32,000 nucleotides of DNA, from NCBI GenBank assembly GCA_003568775.1, contig MWMI01000001.1, positions 30,001 through 62,000 of the forward strand, written 5' to 3'. This document shows, piece after piece, positions 8,082 to 18,096 of this stretch. A model generated the notes under the pieces. It ran no database searches. It saw only the letters and a list, made by a program, of their open reading frames with translations, and was not told the origin of the DNA. The number at the start of each line of letters is the position of its first letter. Within the stretch, counting starts at the first letter, position 1. The stretch comes from Candidatus Nanoclepta minutus (GTDB lineage: Archaea; Nanobdellota; Nanobdellia; Nanobdellales; Nanobdellaceae). The position numbers and the translations under genes are program-made.

Positions 8082-9950
8082 TTATAGGTTTAATAATAGT
8101 GAATCTCCCAATTTTGGGGCATAAGCTTCGATGTTGAGTTTAATCCTTATGGAGTTAACTAGTTCGAAATATTTTGGATGTTCCCCGTGTACGACGAATA
8201 TTTGTTTTGGTTTTGGTTTAAGATGCTTGATGTATCCCAATATTTCCCTTCTATCGGCATGACCGGAGAAACCATCGTATTTCTTATATTTTATTTTAAC
8301 CTCTATCTTTTCGCTATCTATGATAAAGGATTTTTCTCCGTCCAGTATTCTTCTTCCTAGAGTTCCTTGTGCTTGATATGAGACAAAAGCTAACAAATTT
8401 CTCTCATCGTTTGCCAACCTTTTGAAGTATTCCAATATCGGTCCGCCCTGCATCATTCCAGAAGTCGATACCACTATATATGGCTCTTTTGATTCTATTA
8501 TTTGATCCCTCTCCTTTGGATTAACCTTAACTATATATTCCTTCTCGAACAAGTTTTCTCCTCCTAATATCATAGTCCTTACGTAATCTGAAAGGAATTC
8601 TGGATATGCTGTATGTATCATTGAGGTTTCCCAGAGGATACCTTCGGTATATATGTTAACCCTAGGAAGTTCTCCATTCTCTATGTTTTCAATCAACGTT
8701 AAAAGTATATCTTGAGCTCTTCCAACTGATAGAACAGGTATTAGAACTTTTCCATTATCTTTTAATACATCTTTAATATCTTTAATGAACATTTTCTCAG
8801 TTTCTTCCCTTGGTGGATGGTAATCGTTATTTCCGCCATATGTAGACTCTATTATTAATGTTTCCAACCTTTGAAACAGTGTTTTTGGTTTATTCAAGAG
8901 CTTTGTTGGTATATACTTAAAATCACCGGTGTAGAGTATGTTATGTTTATTCTCTATGTTGATATGAACCATTGAGGATCCAATCACGTGTCCTGCATCA
9001 TATAGGCATATTTTTATATCGGGTGTGATGTCTGTTACTTCTCTATATCCTAAAGTATATGTATGTTTTAGGAACTCTTTTATATCCTTTGCCTCATATA
9101 GGCTCTTTTTTCCCTGCATTTTACTAATTTTTACGTAATCTAACATGGAGAGGGATCCTATATCCCTCGTTGGTTCAGTTAGATATACGGGGCCCTTCCA
9201 TCCCAACCTAAAGAGATATGGTATGAATCCTATATGGTCTAAATGAGCGTGAGTGATTATTGCAGCATCTAGATCTAAGATATTGAAGTCTTCTATGTTT
9301 ATCGCAGGATATTTTTCTGTCCCTACGTCCATTCCAACTCCGCAATCTAATAGAACACTGCTCTCATCGGTTTTCAATAGAATACAGGATCTCCCAACTT
9401 CCCTAGTTCCACCCAAGAAGATTATTCTATAATTTCCCCTTTTTAATGTAGATTTTCTAGTTACTATCCTTTCCCCAACTTTGTTTAAAAAAGAAACCCT
9501 ATACTTTGATTTTTTGTGTAAGTAAGATCTAACAATGTCTATTATTCTAGAAGATTTGAGTGGAGATCTCTTTATTACTATATTACAGAAAGTTTTTTCT
9601 CTTATTTCTCTGATAACTCCTTCATCTATTTTTTCAGGTTGATAGGTATCTATAACTATTATGGATCTGTGTCTCTCTAAAAATATGTTCTTATATTTTA
9701 TTTTATATTTATTCAATATTTCTTCACATTTTTCTATTATTTTCTCTTCATTTTCTAATATTTTAGGACTTAGTCTAATTTCTATCCTTTTTTTATATTT
9801 CTGAGCTAAGTTTTTGCCTATCTCAAATCCATTTAAAAATATTTCCTTGTTTGTTACATATACTATAATCTTAGCTGCTTCAAATACAACTTTTTCTACA
9901 TCAGATTCCTTAAATTCCGATAATATTTGAGTTTTTATATCATTCATCAT
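8082..9950 (-). CDS. fttA: aCPSF1 / FttA: KH-domain beta-CASP metallo-beta-lactamase ribonuclease (transcription termination factor)
   Basis: N-terminal KH-like repeats, the MBL motif THAHLDHIG, beta-CASP motifs, and a C-terminal SGHADRREIL...VVHGE. The 622 aa length is typical of archaeal CPSF1. Confidence 0.9.
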   Translation of the reverse strand: MMNDIKTQILSEFKESDVEKVVFEAAKIIVYVTNKEIFLNGFEIGKNLAQKYKKRIEIRLSPKILENEEKIIEKCEEILNKYKIKYKNIFLERHRSIIVIDTYQPEKIDEGVIREIREKTFCNIVIKRSPLKSSRIIDIVRSYLHKKSKYRVSFLNKVGERIVTRKSTLKRGNYRIIFLGGTREVGRSCILLKTDESSVLLDCGVGMDVGTEKYPAINIEDFNILDLDAAIITHAHLDHIGFIPYLFRLGWKGPVYLTEPTRDIGSLSMLDYVKISKMQGKKSLYEAKDIKEFLKHTYTLGYREVTDITPDIKICLYDAGHVIGSSMVHINIENKHNILYTGDFKYIPTKLLNKPKTLFQRLETLIIESTYGGNNDYHPPREETEKMFIKDIKDVLKDNGKVLIPVLSVGRAQDILLTLIENIENGELPRVNIYTEGILWETSMIHTAYPEFLSDYVRTMILGGENLFEKEYIVKVNPKERDQIIESKEPYIVVSTSGMMQGGPILEYFKRLANDERNLLAFVSYQAQGTLGRRILDGEKSFIIDSEKIEVKIKYKKYDGFSGHADRREILGYIKHLKPKPKQIFVVHGEHPKYFELVNSIRIKLNIEAYAPKLGDSLLLNL

Positions 9951-10004
9951 GAATTACAATTCTATATATTTATTTGATTTATTTTATTAAATTTTAATAA
10001 AAAA

Positions 10005-10628
10005 TTATTCAGGTTTTTCAATCCTTTTTTCGATTTTATATGTCTCCTTCTCAATACCCTCTTCAGTGACTACATATACGTCTATACCCTCCCCAGTTCC
10101 TAGGTCCCTTTCAATAGCAGATAGTACAGCTTTTTTTGCAAGTTCTTTTGCCTCATCTTTATCTAAGTCTTTCTTATAACTGGATTCTAAAACACCCAAT
10201 GCATACATCATTCCAGAACCAGTTGCTATAAAATCATCATGCTTTGTTAGACCTCCAAGTTCGTCTATCATATAAATTGAGAAATCGTTTCCATCCTTTC
10301 CAGCAATTATTATCTCTGTATAGAACGGGAAGTATTTATATGAATACATTATCCTTGATAGTAAATTAGCAGCTTCTTCTGCTGTTACTTTTATTTTACT
10401 CCTTAGTTCTTTTAATTTTACTTCTGCAGATAGTATCTTTGCTAACATTTGTGCGTCCGCAACTAAACCAGCAGTTCCCATAACTATAGAATCCGTTATT
10501 TCGTATATCTTCTTAGTAGCCTTATCTATTACCATCAATGCACCTGCTGAAGCTCTTTTATCAGATGCTACTACTACACCATTTTTAAATTTTATGGCCA
10601 CAACGGTTGTACCTGTTTTCTTCTCCAT
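10005..10628 (-). CDS. psmB: proteasome subunit beta
   Basis: Short propeptide then catalytic Thr (MEKKTG|TTVVAIKFKNGVVVASDKR), followed by GTAGLVADAQ and ATGSG motifs. 207 aa. Confidence 0.92.
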   Translation of the reverse strand: MEKKTGTTVVAIKFKNGVVVASDKRASAGALMVIDKATKKIYEITDSIVMGTAGLVADAQMLAKILSAEVKLKELRSKIKVTAEEAANLLSRIMYSYKYFPFYTEIIIAGKDGNDFSIYMIDELGGLTKHDDFIATGSGMMYALGVLESSYKKDLDKDEAKELAKKAVLSAIERDLGTGEGIDVYVVTEEGIEKETYKIEKRIEKPE

Positions 10629-10630
10629 CT

Positions 10631-11254
10631 TTATTTTTTTGCGTATTTGCTTATAACCTCTTCTTCAAAGGAGGTTATAGCCTTTTCAGCCTCTTCCTCA
10701 TTTTTAGCCCCTGTACAGACAAAACTACCTGTGTGGAAGACGAGGAAGGTAACTTCTATATCTTCCTTTTTGTATTTTATTATAGCCCCAGGAAATTGTT
10801 CAGGATTATATTCTACATTTTCTAAGGATTCAATAACCTTTTTACTAACACCTGGCATTTTTCCGTAGTAAGGTTCAGCCTTTCCTACGTAATCTTCTAA
10901 TAAATTGTTTATGTCTATGTTATTATACTTAAACTTACCGTTAGCTACAAAATTTTTTATAGATATTGTATAATCATTTGAGGTGTCTATTCCTATGTCC
11001 TTCAGGGTTTTCCTTAATTCTTCAATATATTTCTTAGCTTCTTTTGAACTCTTTATTCCAGTTATTATCAATTTTCCGCTGTTAAACATTAATATTGTTA
11101 CCTTCTTTTCATTTGTTTCAATCCTATATATTAACCCTGGAAAGTTCTCGGGATCATAAGATGCGTTCTCGAGCTCTATAGCTATCTTATCCAATGGAAG
11201 TCTAGTTTTAAGATCAGCCGCTATAACAACGTTAGAAGGCTCCCAGGTAGCCAT
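10631..11254 (-). CDS. tbp: TATA-box binding protein (with an insertion in repeat 2)
   Basis: Two TBP repeats: NVVIAADLKTRLPLDKIAIELENASYDPENFPGLIYRI...FNSGKLIITG and ISIKNFVANGKF...ENVEYNPEQFPGAIIKY...FHTGSFVCTG. At 207 aa it is about 24 aa longer than a minimal TBP. Confidence 0.9.
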   Translation of the reverse strand: MATWEPSNVVIAADLKTRLPLDKIAIELENASYDPENFPGLIYRIETNEKKVTILMFNSGKLIITGIKSSKEAKKYIEELRKTLKDIGIDTSNDYTISIKNFVANGKFKYNNIDINNLLEDYVGKAEPYYGKMPGVSKKVIESLENVEYNPEQFPGAIIKYKKEDIEVTFLVFHTGSFVCTGAKNEEEAEKAITSFEEEVISKYAKK

Positions 11255-11291
11255 TTATAAATTGTAAAAATAAACTTTATAAATTACCAGC

Positions 11292-14200
11292 CTATATTAA
11301 AATTTTGATCTCTATCTTTCTATTGTCGATATAGAAAGTTTCATAGTCTTTGTCTCCTGCTTTCTCATCAGATATCATTATTTCTGAATCAGTTTCTTTT
11401 TCTAATTGGTTTTTATTTTCTTCCAGTATTTCTATCAATTTTTTATCACCATAAATTATAAATTTACATTTTTCACTTTTTCTTAATCCATTTTTCTTCC
11501 TCATTTCCTGTAATCTTCTTTTTATTTCTCTATATAACCAGTCTTTTTCTAAATTTTCATCAAAGTATGTATCAAACTTTATATAGACATCTATCTTAGC
11601 TATTTTTTCAAATTCCTTATCTATTTCTTTTGCTATCATAATTTCTCTAACGTTTAAACTTTCTTTTATTATCTTTTCCAATTCTTTAATTTCCTCTATT
11701 ATTTCTCCTTTATCTGAATAGAGGTAAAGGCTCCTTAAAGGTTTCCTTATGTTTATGCGCAGAGAGTTCCTTAACCTTAGTCCAGCTTCCAATATATATT
11801 CCAAGATCTCTTTTTGTTTATCAAGCTCTTCATCTAAAAATTCTTTGTTTACTTCTGGAAGATCTTCCAGAATTATACTCTCCTTGTTTATTCCAAAGCT
11901 TTCCTTTAAGTTCAAGAATATAGCTTCAGATATGTGCGGTGTTATTATAGAGAGCAGGTTTATTGTATCGTATAGGACTCTATATATTACCCATAGAACG
12001 GTTTTATAGCCTTCTTTTATCCTTTCTCTAGTTATTTTTATATAGAACCTCGATAGTTCTAGGAAGAGTTTCTCTAAGATTCTACCAGCCTTCCATATTT
12101 CATACTTATCTAATGCACTATACAATTCCGTTTTCGTCTTTTCTAAGAGATATAGCATATATCTATCCTCCCACTCCAGTTTTTCCGGTTTATACTCTGT
12201 TGGATTAAAGTTATAGTATCTACAATACTCCAAGAGATATATATGAGTATTCCAGAGTATATTCAGGGAGTTCTTCTTTACCTCAAGATCTTCCCATCTA
12301 AATGTTAGTTCTTCATAAGCTTCAGTTATCGATGAGAGATACAATCTTGCAACATCTACAGGATATTTCTCTATTATATCTAATGGAGATACAACGTTTC
12401 CAAGAGACTTACTCATCTTCCTTCCCTCTTTATCGAGTACGAATCCATGGACGTATACGTTCTTATAAGGTATTTTACCGAAGTATATCTCCCCTAGGAC
12501 GGCTAGAGAGTAGAACCATCCCCTTAGCTGATCATAACCTTCTATTATGAAATCAACTGGGAATACTTCTGTAGCAAAAGTTGCAGAACCTGAATCTATC
12601 CATACATCCAGTACATCCTTAACCCTCTCCATTTCTTCTCCACATACATCACACTTCATCTTATACCTATCTACCTCTGGTATATGGAGATCGTAGTTGT
12701 ATATCCAGATCATCTCATAATCCTTACTTCCAAAGGATCTAACAATATAGAACTCTTTTTCGGCTTCTTCTAAAACTTTTTCGTTGAGTTTTTCAACTAT
12801 TATTATATCTTTATCTTCTGATTCATTAAATAAATTCTTTAAATCCGATATATTAGAAATCTCATTAATATATCTTATTTTATTTTCATTGAAATATCTT
12901 TTTAGCATTTCCTTTGCATAATCGCTCTTTTTTACTGCAATATATATCCTTTTAGCATCTTTTTTCAGTTCTTTAACGTCCTTTGGTATTTTTATATGTC
13001 CATTCTTGCATCTCCATATTGGAAGTGGAATACCCCAATACCTTTGTCTTGAGATTACCCAATCAGGAGCAGATTTTATTACGTTTTCAAATCCAATCTT
13101 TGCAGAACTTGGTATAAAGTTTACTTCAGATAGATCCATCAATAGCTTTTCTTTTATCTTTCCGATATTTATGAACCACTGGTTTGATAGTTTTATTATA
13201 ACTTTAGATCTACATCTCCAACATATTGGGTAGTCATGTTCATATAATTCAAATAATAGCAGGAGCTTTTTCTTTATTAGAAGGTTTATCCATTTTAAAT
13301 CATCCTTTTTAGCAATCCATCCATCGAAGGCTTTTATATTCCTTACGATTCCTTCGTCATCAACCGTGTTGAAGGGTTTAACGTTATATTTCTTACCGAC
13401 TTCATAGTCCTCGAAACCACATCCAGGTGCGGAATGGACCAATCCCGTACCTTCTTCAACGTTTACGTATTCTCTAGATAGCCATATCTTAAAAGAGTTC
13501 GGGTACTCTTCCTTTATTCTATCTATAATATCCTTCATCTCCTCATAGAACGGATGAATATATTCTTTTCCTTCTAACTCGTATCCATAGAATTCTTCCA
13601 CTATTTCATAATCTACCTTCAATTTTTCTTTTATTGTCTTCAGGAAGTTGGTTGATACAATCCAAAACTCTTCCTTGTTTTCGCTTTCTAGATCTATCTT
13701 CTTTATATTCTCTCCTTCAACTTCTAATTCCTTTAAAAATATGCTTTTTACCTTTATTTTTGCATATTTTTCATCGGGATTTACCATAATACCTAAGTTA
13801 AAGGTGAGAGTCCATGGGGTAGTTGTCCAGATTATGAAATATTCATTTTCCTTTTCTTTAGATCTAAACTTTACATATATTGATGGATCTTTTGATTTCT
13901 TATACATTGGATCCATATATCCGAGTTCTATTTCCTGATTCGAGAGAGGCGTTTGACATCTTGGACACCACCAAACAGGTTTTTGCTCTTCATATATTAA
14001 TCCTTCCTCGTAAGCTTTCCTTAAGGCCTCCCAAACTTTTTCTATGTAATCGTTTTGGATTGGCATATAAACGTAGTCTGTATCCTGCCAGTGAGCTATT
14101 GTATCATATAACTTTACGAATTCTAACATATTACCATATGCGAATTCCTTACATTCTTTTATAAATCTTGATAGGCCTATCTTTGTTTCTATTTCTTTTT

Positions 14201-14498
14201 TGTTTCTTATATCAAGCTGTTTTTCTACTTTTTCTTCTATTGGTAATCCATGCATATCGAATCCTGCCCTAACTTTTACTTCATATCCTTTCTTTGCGAA
14301 ATACCTTAATATAACATCTTTTAATATCCTATTCCACATATGTCCTAGATGTGGTAAACCCGTTGTATATGGTGGACCTTCTAAGAAATTAAACTTCTTC
14401 CTGCCAACGTTCTTTAAGACCCATCTTTCATAAATCTTGTTTTCATTCCAGTACTCCTTTACTTTTCTCTCTGTATCTTTTGAATAAAACTTATCCAT
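11292..14498 (-). CDS. ileS: isoleucyl-tRNA synthetase
   Basis: Class I HIGH (PPYTTGLPHLGH) and KMSKS (KMSKSLGN) motifs. IleRS-specific blocks WTTTPWTL, YPICWRCRSKV...QWFI and DWVISRQRYWGIPLPIW. 1068 aa. Confidence 0.92.
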   Translation of the reverse strand: MDKFYSKDTERKVKEYWNENKIYERWVLKNVGRKKFNFLEGPPYTTGLPHLGHMWNRILKDVILRYFAKKGYEVKVRAGFDMHGLPIEEKVEKQLDIRNKKEIETKIGLSRFIKECKEFAYGNMLEFVKLYDTIAHWQDTDYVYMPIQNDYIEKVWEALRKAYEEGLIYEEQKPVWWCPRCQTPLSNQEIELGYMDPMYKKSKDPSIYVKFRSKEKENEYFIIWTTTPWTLTFNLGIMVNPDEKYAKIKVKSIFLKELEVEGENIKKIDLESENKEEFWIVSTNFLKTIKEKLKVDYEIVEEFYGYELEGKEYIHPFYEEMKDIIDRIKEEYPNSFKIWLSREYVNVEEGTGLVHSAPGCGFEDYEVGKKYNVKPFNTVDDEGIVRNIKAFDGWIAKKDDLKWINLLIKKKLLLLFELYEHDYPICWRCRSKVIIKLSNQWFINIGKIKEKLLMDLSEVNFIPSSAKIGFENVIKSAPDWVISRQRYWGIPLPIWRCKNGHIKIPKDVKELKKDAKRIYIAVKKSDYAKEMLKRYFNENKIRYINEISNISDLKNLFNESEDKDIIIVEKLNEKVLEEAEKEFYIVRSFGSKDYEMIWIYNYDLHIPEVDRYKMKCDVCGEEMERVKDVLDVWIDSGSATFATEVFPVDFIIEGYDQLRGWFYSLAVLGEIYFGKIPYKNVYVHGFVLDKEGRKMSKSLGNVVSPLDIIEKYPVDVARLYLSSITEAYEELTFRWEDLEVKKNSLNILWNTHIYLLEYCRYYNFNPTEYKPEKLEWEDRYMLYLLEKTKTELYSALDKYEIWKAGRILEKLFLELSRFYIKITRERIKEGYKTVLWVIYRVLYDTINLLSIITPHISEAIFLNLKESFGINKESIILEDLPEVNKEFLDEELDKQKEILEYILEAGLRLRNSLRINIRKPLRSLYLYSDKGEIIEEIKELEKIIKESLNVREIMIAKEIDKEFEKIAKIDVYIKFDTYFDENLEKDWLYREIKRRLQEMRKKNGLRKSEKCKFIIYGDKKLIEILEENKNQLEKETDSEIMISDEKAGDKDYETFYIDNRKIEIKILI

Positions 14499-14564
14499 TA
14501 ATCCGACAGGTCATAAATCTATATAAAGCTTCAACATTTTAAACTTTTTTTAAGGAATAAGGAA

Positions 14565-15371
14565 ATGGCGAAGATAGTTATAACGGATAAGCATATACTA
14601 GTTATTGTATTTGCTATATCTATTTTATCCCTCCTATTAGGACTGTTTAATACCTATCAGGTTTATAGCATTGCAAGTTCTATTAGCATTTATAATAGCC
14701 TATCCACAATAAATCTACCATTTTTAAGTGTTTTAAACCCGGTTTATGGAAATTCTTCTAGTATATTAATTTTTGAGTATTTAGATTATCTCTGTCCATA
14801 CTGTGCGAAGTTTGAGGTTGAAACCTTCCAGAAATTGAAGGAGAAGTATATTGATAGAGGGAGGGTTAGCTATGTTGTGAAGAACTTTATTGTTCACGGA
14901 CAGGATGCCGTTAATCTAGCTTTATATGCATCATGCATATACAGCAATAATGGACCAAGTGAATATCAGGATTTTAAAGAGAAAATATATAGAGCCCTTT
15001 ACGATTCTATATTTGTTAAGAGAAATTATACGGAGTTTCAGAGTTCACTAGAAAGTATATTGTCTGGTTATAATATTGAAAGGTGTTTGAACAATAGCTC
15101 CTTTGTAAACTTGACTATGCAGGTATTGAGTATAGATACTAATGAAGCTATGGTCTACAATTTAGAAGGAACTCCAGGATTCTTAATTTTGATAAGGAAA
15201 GATTTATTACCTGAAGAAAAGCTTAGGGAAGTTAAAAAATTGCTTGATAGCTATAAAAGTAGGGGTATGAGCTATTCAATGTGGTTATCTTCTGATAGAA
15301 ACTACGTTGTTATAAGCTTTGCTGGGGCTATGTCATTCGATTTCTTCGATAAGTTCCTTAGCGTTATTTAA
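14565..15371 (+). CDS. membrane-anchored DsbA/thioredoxin-fold thiol:disulfide oxidoreductase
   Basis: N-terminal hydrophobic anchor (ILVIVFAISILSLLLGLF) followed by a thioredoxin-like active site in DsbA context (ILIFEYLDYLCPYCAKFE) and a later GTPGF cis-Pro-type motif. Confidence 0.65.
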   Translation: MAKIVITDKHILVIVFAISILSLLLGLFNTYQVYSIASSISIYNSLSTINLPFLSVLNPVYGNSSSILIFEYLDYLCPYCAKFEVETFQKLKEKYIDRGRVSYVVKNFIVHGQDAVNLALYASCIYSNNGPSEYQDFKEKIYRALYDSIFVKRNYTEFQSSLESILSGYNIERCLNNSSFVNLTMQVLSIDTNEAMVYNLEGTPGFLILIRKDLLPEEKLREVKKLLDSYKSRGMSYSMWLSSDRNYVVISFAGAMSFDFFDKFLSVI

Positions 15372-15405
15372 ATTATTTTTAAATTTTACATAATCTTATA
15401 GTTAA

Positions 15406-16740
15406 ATGCCAAGGCAAAAACCACATATAAACGTAGTAACTATAGGGCATGTAGATAACGGAAAATCAACATTATTAGGAAGGCTATTATGGGATCTAAA
15501 GCTAATAGATGAAAAGATCTTAGAGCAGTATAGACAGCTAGCGAAGGAGCTAGGAAAGGAAACATTCGAGTTCGCCTTCGTTATGGATAAGACTAAGGAG
15601 GAAAGGGAAAGAGGACTAACAATTGATCCAACTTTCTATAAGATAGAGACTAAGAAGTATGAGATAACGTTCGGAGATCTACCAGGACACAGAGACTTTA
15701 TTAAGAACATGATTACTGGTGCTAGCCAGGCAGATGCGGCAGTATTGGTTGTATCTGCAAAGCCAGGTGAAACTGAGACAGCTTTAGGACCAGATGGACA
15801 GGGAAGAGAGCATTTATTGTTGATTAGAACCTTAGGTATACCACAGTTTATAGTAATAGTTAACAAGATGGATGCTGTAAATTATGATCAGAAGAGGTTT
15901 GAGGACGTTAAAAACATGGTATTGAACCTAGCAAGGCAGATTGGATACGATCCAAATAAGAACATAAAGGCAATAATTCCTGTATCTGCTTATAATGGTG
16001 ATAACGTAGCAAGTAAATCCAGCAGAACACCATGGTATACTGGTCCAACCTTTTATGAAGCTTTAGATCTATTTGACGAACCACCGAGATTGGTAGATAA
16101 GCCATTAAGGTTGCCTATAGAGGATGTATACTCTATTAAAGGTGTAGGTATAGTACCTGTTGGAAGAGTAGAATCTGGAAAGATGAGACCAGGAGATAGG
16201 GTAGTAATATTACCATCAAAGAAGCCAAATGGGGTTGTAGGTGAAGTTAAATCTATACAGATGCATCATCAAGACTTAGATGAGGCAGTAGCTGGAGATA
16301 ACATCGGATTTAACCTTAAAGGTGTAGAGAAGCAGGATATAGGAAGGGGAGATTTGGTTGGAAAGATAGGAGAGCCAATGCCAAAGATGGTAGAAGAGTT
16401 AACGGCAAGAATAGTTGTTTTATGGCATCCATCAGCAATATCGGTAGGTTATGCACCAGTAGTACACATCCATACAGCTTCCGTACCAGTCAAGATAGTA
16501 GAGATAGTTTCTAAGATAGATCCAAGAACTGGACAGGAAATAGAGAAGAATCCACAGTTTATAAAGACCGGAGATGCAGCAATTGTAAAGATAGTACCAC
16601 TAAAGCCATTGGCTGCAGAAAGATACCAAGATTTCCCAAACACATCCTTAGGAAGGTTTGCAATAAGAGATATGGGTAAGACAATAGCAGTAGGACAGGT
16701 ATTAGAAATAAAAGAGAAAAAGGTTGAAATAAAGGCTTAA
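15406..16740 (+). CDS. tuf: translation elongation factor aEF-1 alpha
   Basis: G motifs GHVDNGKST, DLPGHRDF and NKMD. Highly conserved along its full length and followed by the S10 gene, as in most archaea. Confidence 0.95.
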   Translation: MPRQKPHINVVTIGHVDNGKSTLLGRLLWDLKLIDEKILEQYRQLAKELGKETFEFAFVMDKTKEERERGLTIDPTFYKIETKKYEITFGDLPGHRDFIKNMITGASQADAAVLVVSAKPGETETALGPDGQGREHLLLIRTLGIPQFIVIVNKMDAVNYDQKRFEDVKNMVLNLARQIGYDPNKNIKAIIPVSAYNGDNVASKSSRTPWYTGPTFYEALDLFDEPPRLVDKPLRLPIEDVYSIKGVGIVPVGRVESGKMRPGDRVVILPSKKPNGVVGEVKSIQMHHQDLDEAVAGDNIGFNLKGVEKQDIGRGDLVGKIGEPMPKMVEELTARIVVLWHPSAISVGYAPVVHIHTASVPVKIVEIVSKIDPRTGQEIEKNPQFIKTGDAAIVKIVPLKPLAAERYQDFPNTSLGRFAIRDMGKTIAVGQVLEIKEKKVEIKA

Positions 16741-16760
16741 TAAACTATTTTTTTATTAAA

Positions 16761-17069
16761 ATGTATTTGAGGATAAAGCTCTGGAGTACTAATTTGGATT
16801 CCCTAAATTCCTTTACAAACGATATTCTAAGCATAATTGAAAAATTAGGAATAGAAAAGAGAGGTCCAATAAACTTGCCAACTAAGGTATTTAGAGTACC
16901 TACAATGAGGACTCTTGGAAAGAGAGGTACCAAAATTTATGAGACCTATCAAATGAGGATTTATAGGAGATTTGTAGATGTTGGCTATGATGAAAGGTTT
17001 ATTAAGAACTTTTTAAGGTTACAGATACCCACAGAGGTAAAACTTTTAATGAAGATAATTAAGAAATAA
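16761..17069 (+). CDS. rps10: 30S ribosomal protein S10 (uS10)
   Basis: RIKLWSTNLDSLNSFTNDIL...RGPINLPTK matches the S10 pattern, and the gene is in the conserved tuf-rps10 position. 102 aa. Confidence 0.9.
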   Translation: MYLRIKLWSTNLDSLNSFTNDILSIIEKLGIEKRGPINLPTKVFRVPTMRTLGKRGTKIYETYQMRIYRRFVDVGYDERFIKNFLRLQIPTEVKLLMKIIKK

Positions 17070-17097
17070 TTTTTATTTTTTCATAATTTATATTTTT

Positions 17098-18096
17098 ATG
17101 AAGTATGTTGTAGTAAGACCAAGGGGTATATATGTCTTTAATGAGAGGTTGGAGAAGGAAGATTTCATTAAAGTTGAACTAGAGGAGAGTGAGATAATAG
17201 ATATACTTTCTGGTAAATTACCTGAAAGAGTTAAGAAATATATAAAGGAAGATTATGTATTTTTGGGACAGAAGTTCGAAGGTTATAATAGTGATTTTGA
17301 TAGAGATAAAATAAGGAAAGCTTTGGATATTATATCCATGGAAGAGGAGGGAATAGATCAATCTAAATTCTATATAGCAACAAAGATGGGAATAGCAAAG
17401 TCCATAACTAGAGATCAGCTTATAATCCAAATAATTATGCTGTTAGATGATATAAACAAGATAACAAACTTAATGGTTGAAAGGTTTAGGGAGATATATA
17501 ACCTTTACTTACCTGAAGTCTCTCAGATGATTGAAGATCATGAAAAGTTCCTAAAGAGCGTTATAGGAAAGAGGAGAGAAGATTTGATGAAGGAATTTAA
17601 GATAGATACAACGATGGGGGGAGAACTAAAGGATAAAGATGTAGAAATAATTAATAAAATCGGAGAAAAAATATTAGATCTCTATAAGTTGAGGGATACA
17701 TTAAAGGACTATGTAGAAGAGTTAATGAATGAAGTTTGCCCGAATTTATCTAAAGTAGCTACACCAACGATAGGTGCAAGGTTAATTGCCTTAGCTGGTG
17801 GTCTGAGAGAACTAGCGATACTCCCATCTTCAACTATACAGGTACTCGGTGCTGAAAAAGCCTTATTCAAGCATCTTACCAAAGGTACTCCGCCACCAAA
17901 ACATGGTGTTATATTCAACCATCCTCTAATACAGAAGCTACCCAGAAAGCAGAGAGGTGCTATGGCCAGAACTTTAGCTTCAAAGATAGCGATAGCAGCA
18001 AAAGTTGATGCATTTACACCAGGAAAGCTTGTTTACGAATCTTTAATAAAAGAACTGGAAGAAAGGTTTAATGAACTAAAACAGGAGAAAAAATGA
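17098..18096 (+). CDS. nop5: Nop5 (Nop56/58) C/D box sRNP core protein
   Basis: Nop domain block GARLIALAGGLRELAILPSSTIQVLGAEKALFKHL...PPKHGVIFNHPLI. Its stop overlaps the fibrillarin start (ATGA). Confidence 0.9.
   Translation: MKYVVVRPRGIYVFNERLEKEDFIKVELEESEIIDILSGKLPERVKKYIKEDYVFLGQKFEGYNSDFDRDKIRKALDIISMEEEGIDQSKFYIATKMGIAKSITRDQLIIQIIMLLDDINKITNLMVERFREIYNLYLPEVSQMIEDHEKFLKSVIGKRREDLMKEFKIDTTMGGELKDKDVEIINKIGEKILDLYKLRDTLKDYVEELMNEVCPNLSKVATPTIGARLIALAGGLRELAILPSSTIQVLGAEKALFKHLTKGTPPPKHGVIFNHPLIQKLPRKQRGAMARTLASKIAIAAKVDAFTPGKLVYESLIKELEERFNELKQEKK

Noticed and set aside
11749-14433. Six plus-strand ORFs (75-96 aa) inside ileS. The same applies to shadow ORFs inside other genes: 915-1376, 6236-7183, 7942-8360, 10607-10868, 15636-16643, 16745-16933, 17218-18405, 21797-22057 and 25081-25608.
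   Set aside because: They are antisense or alternate-frame shadows of confidently identified conserved genes. There is no independent evidence for them.
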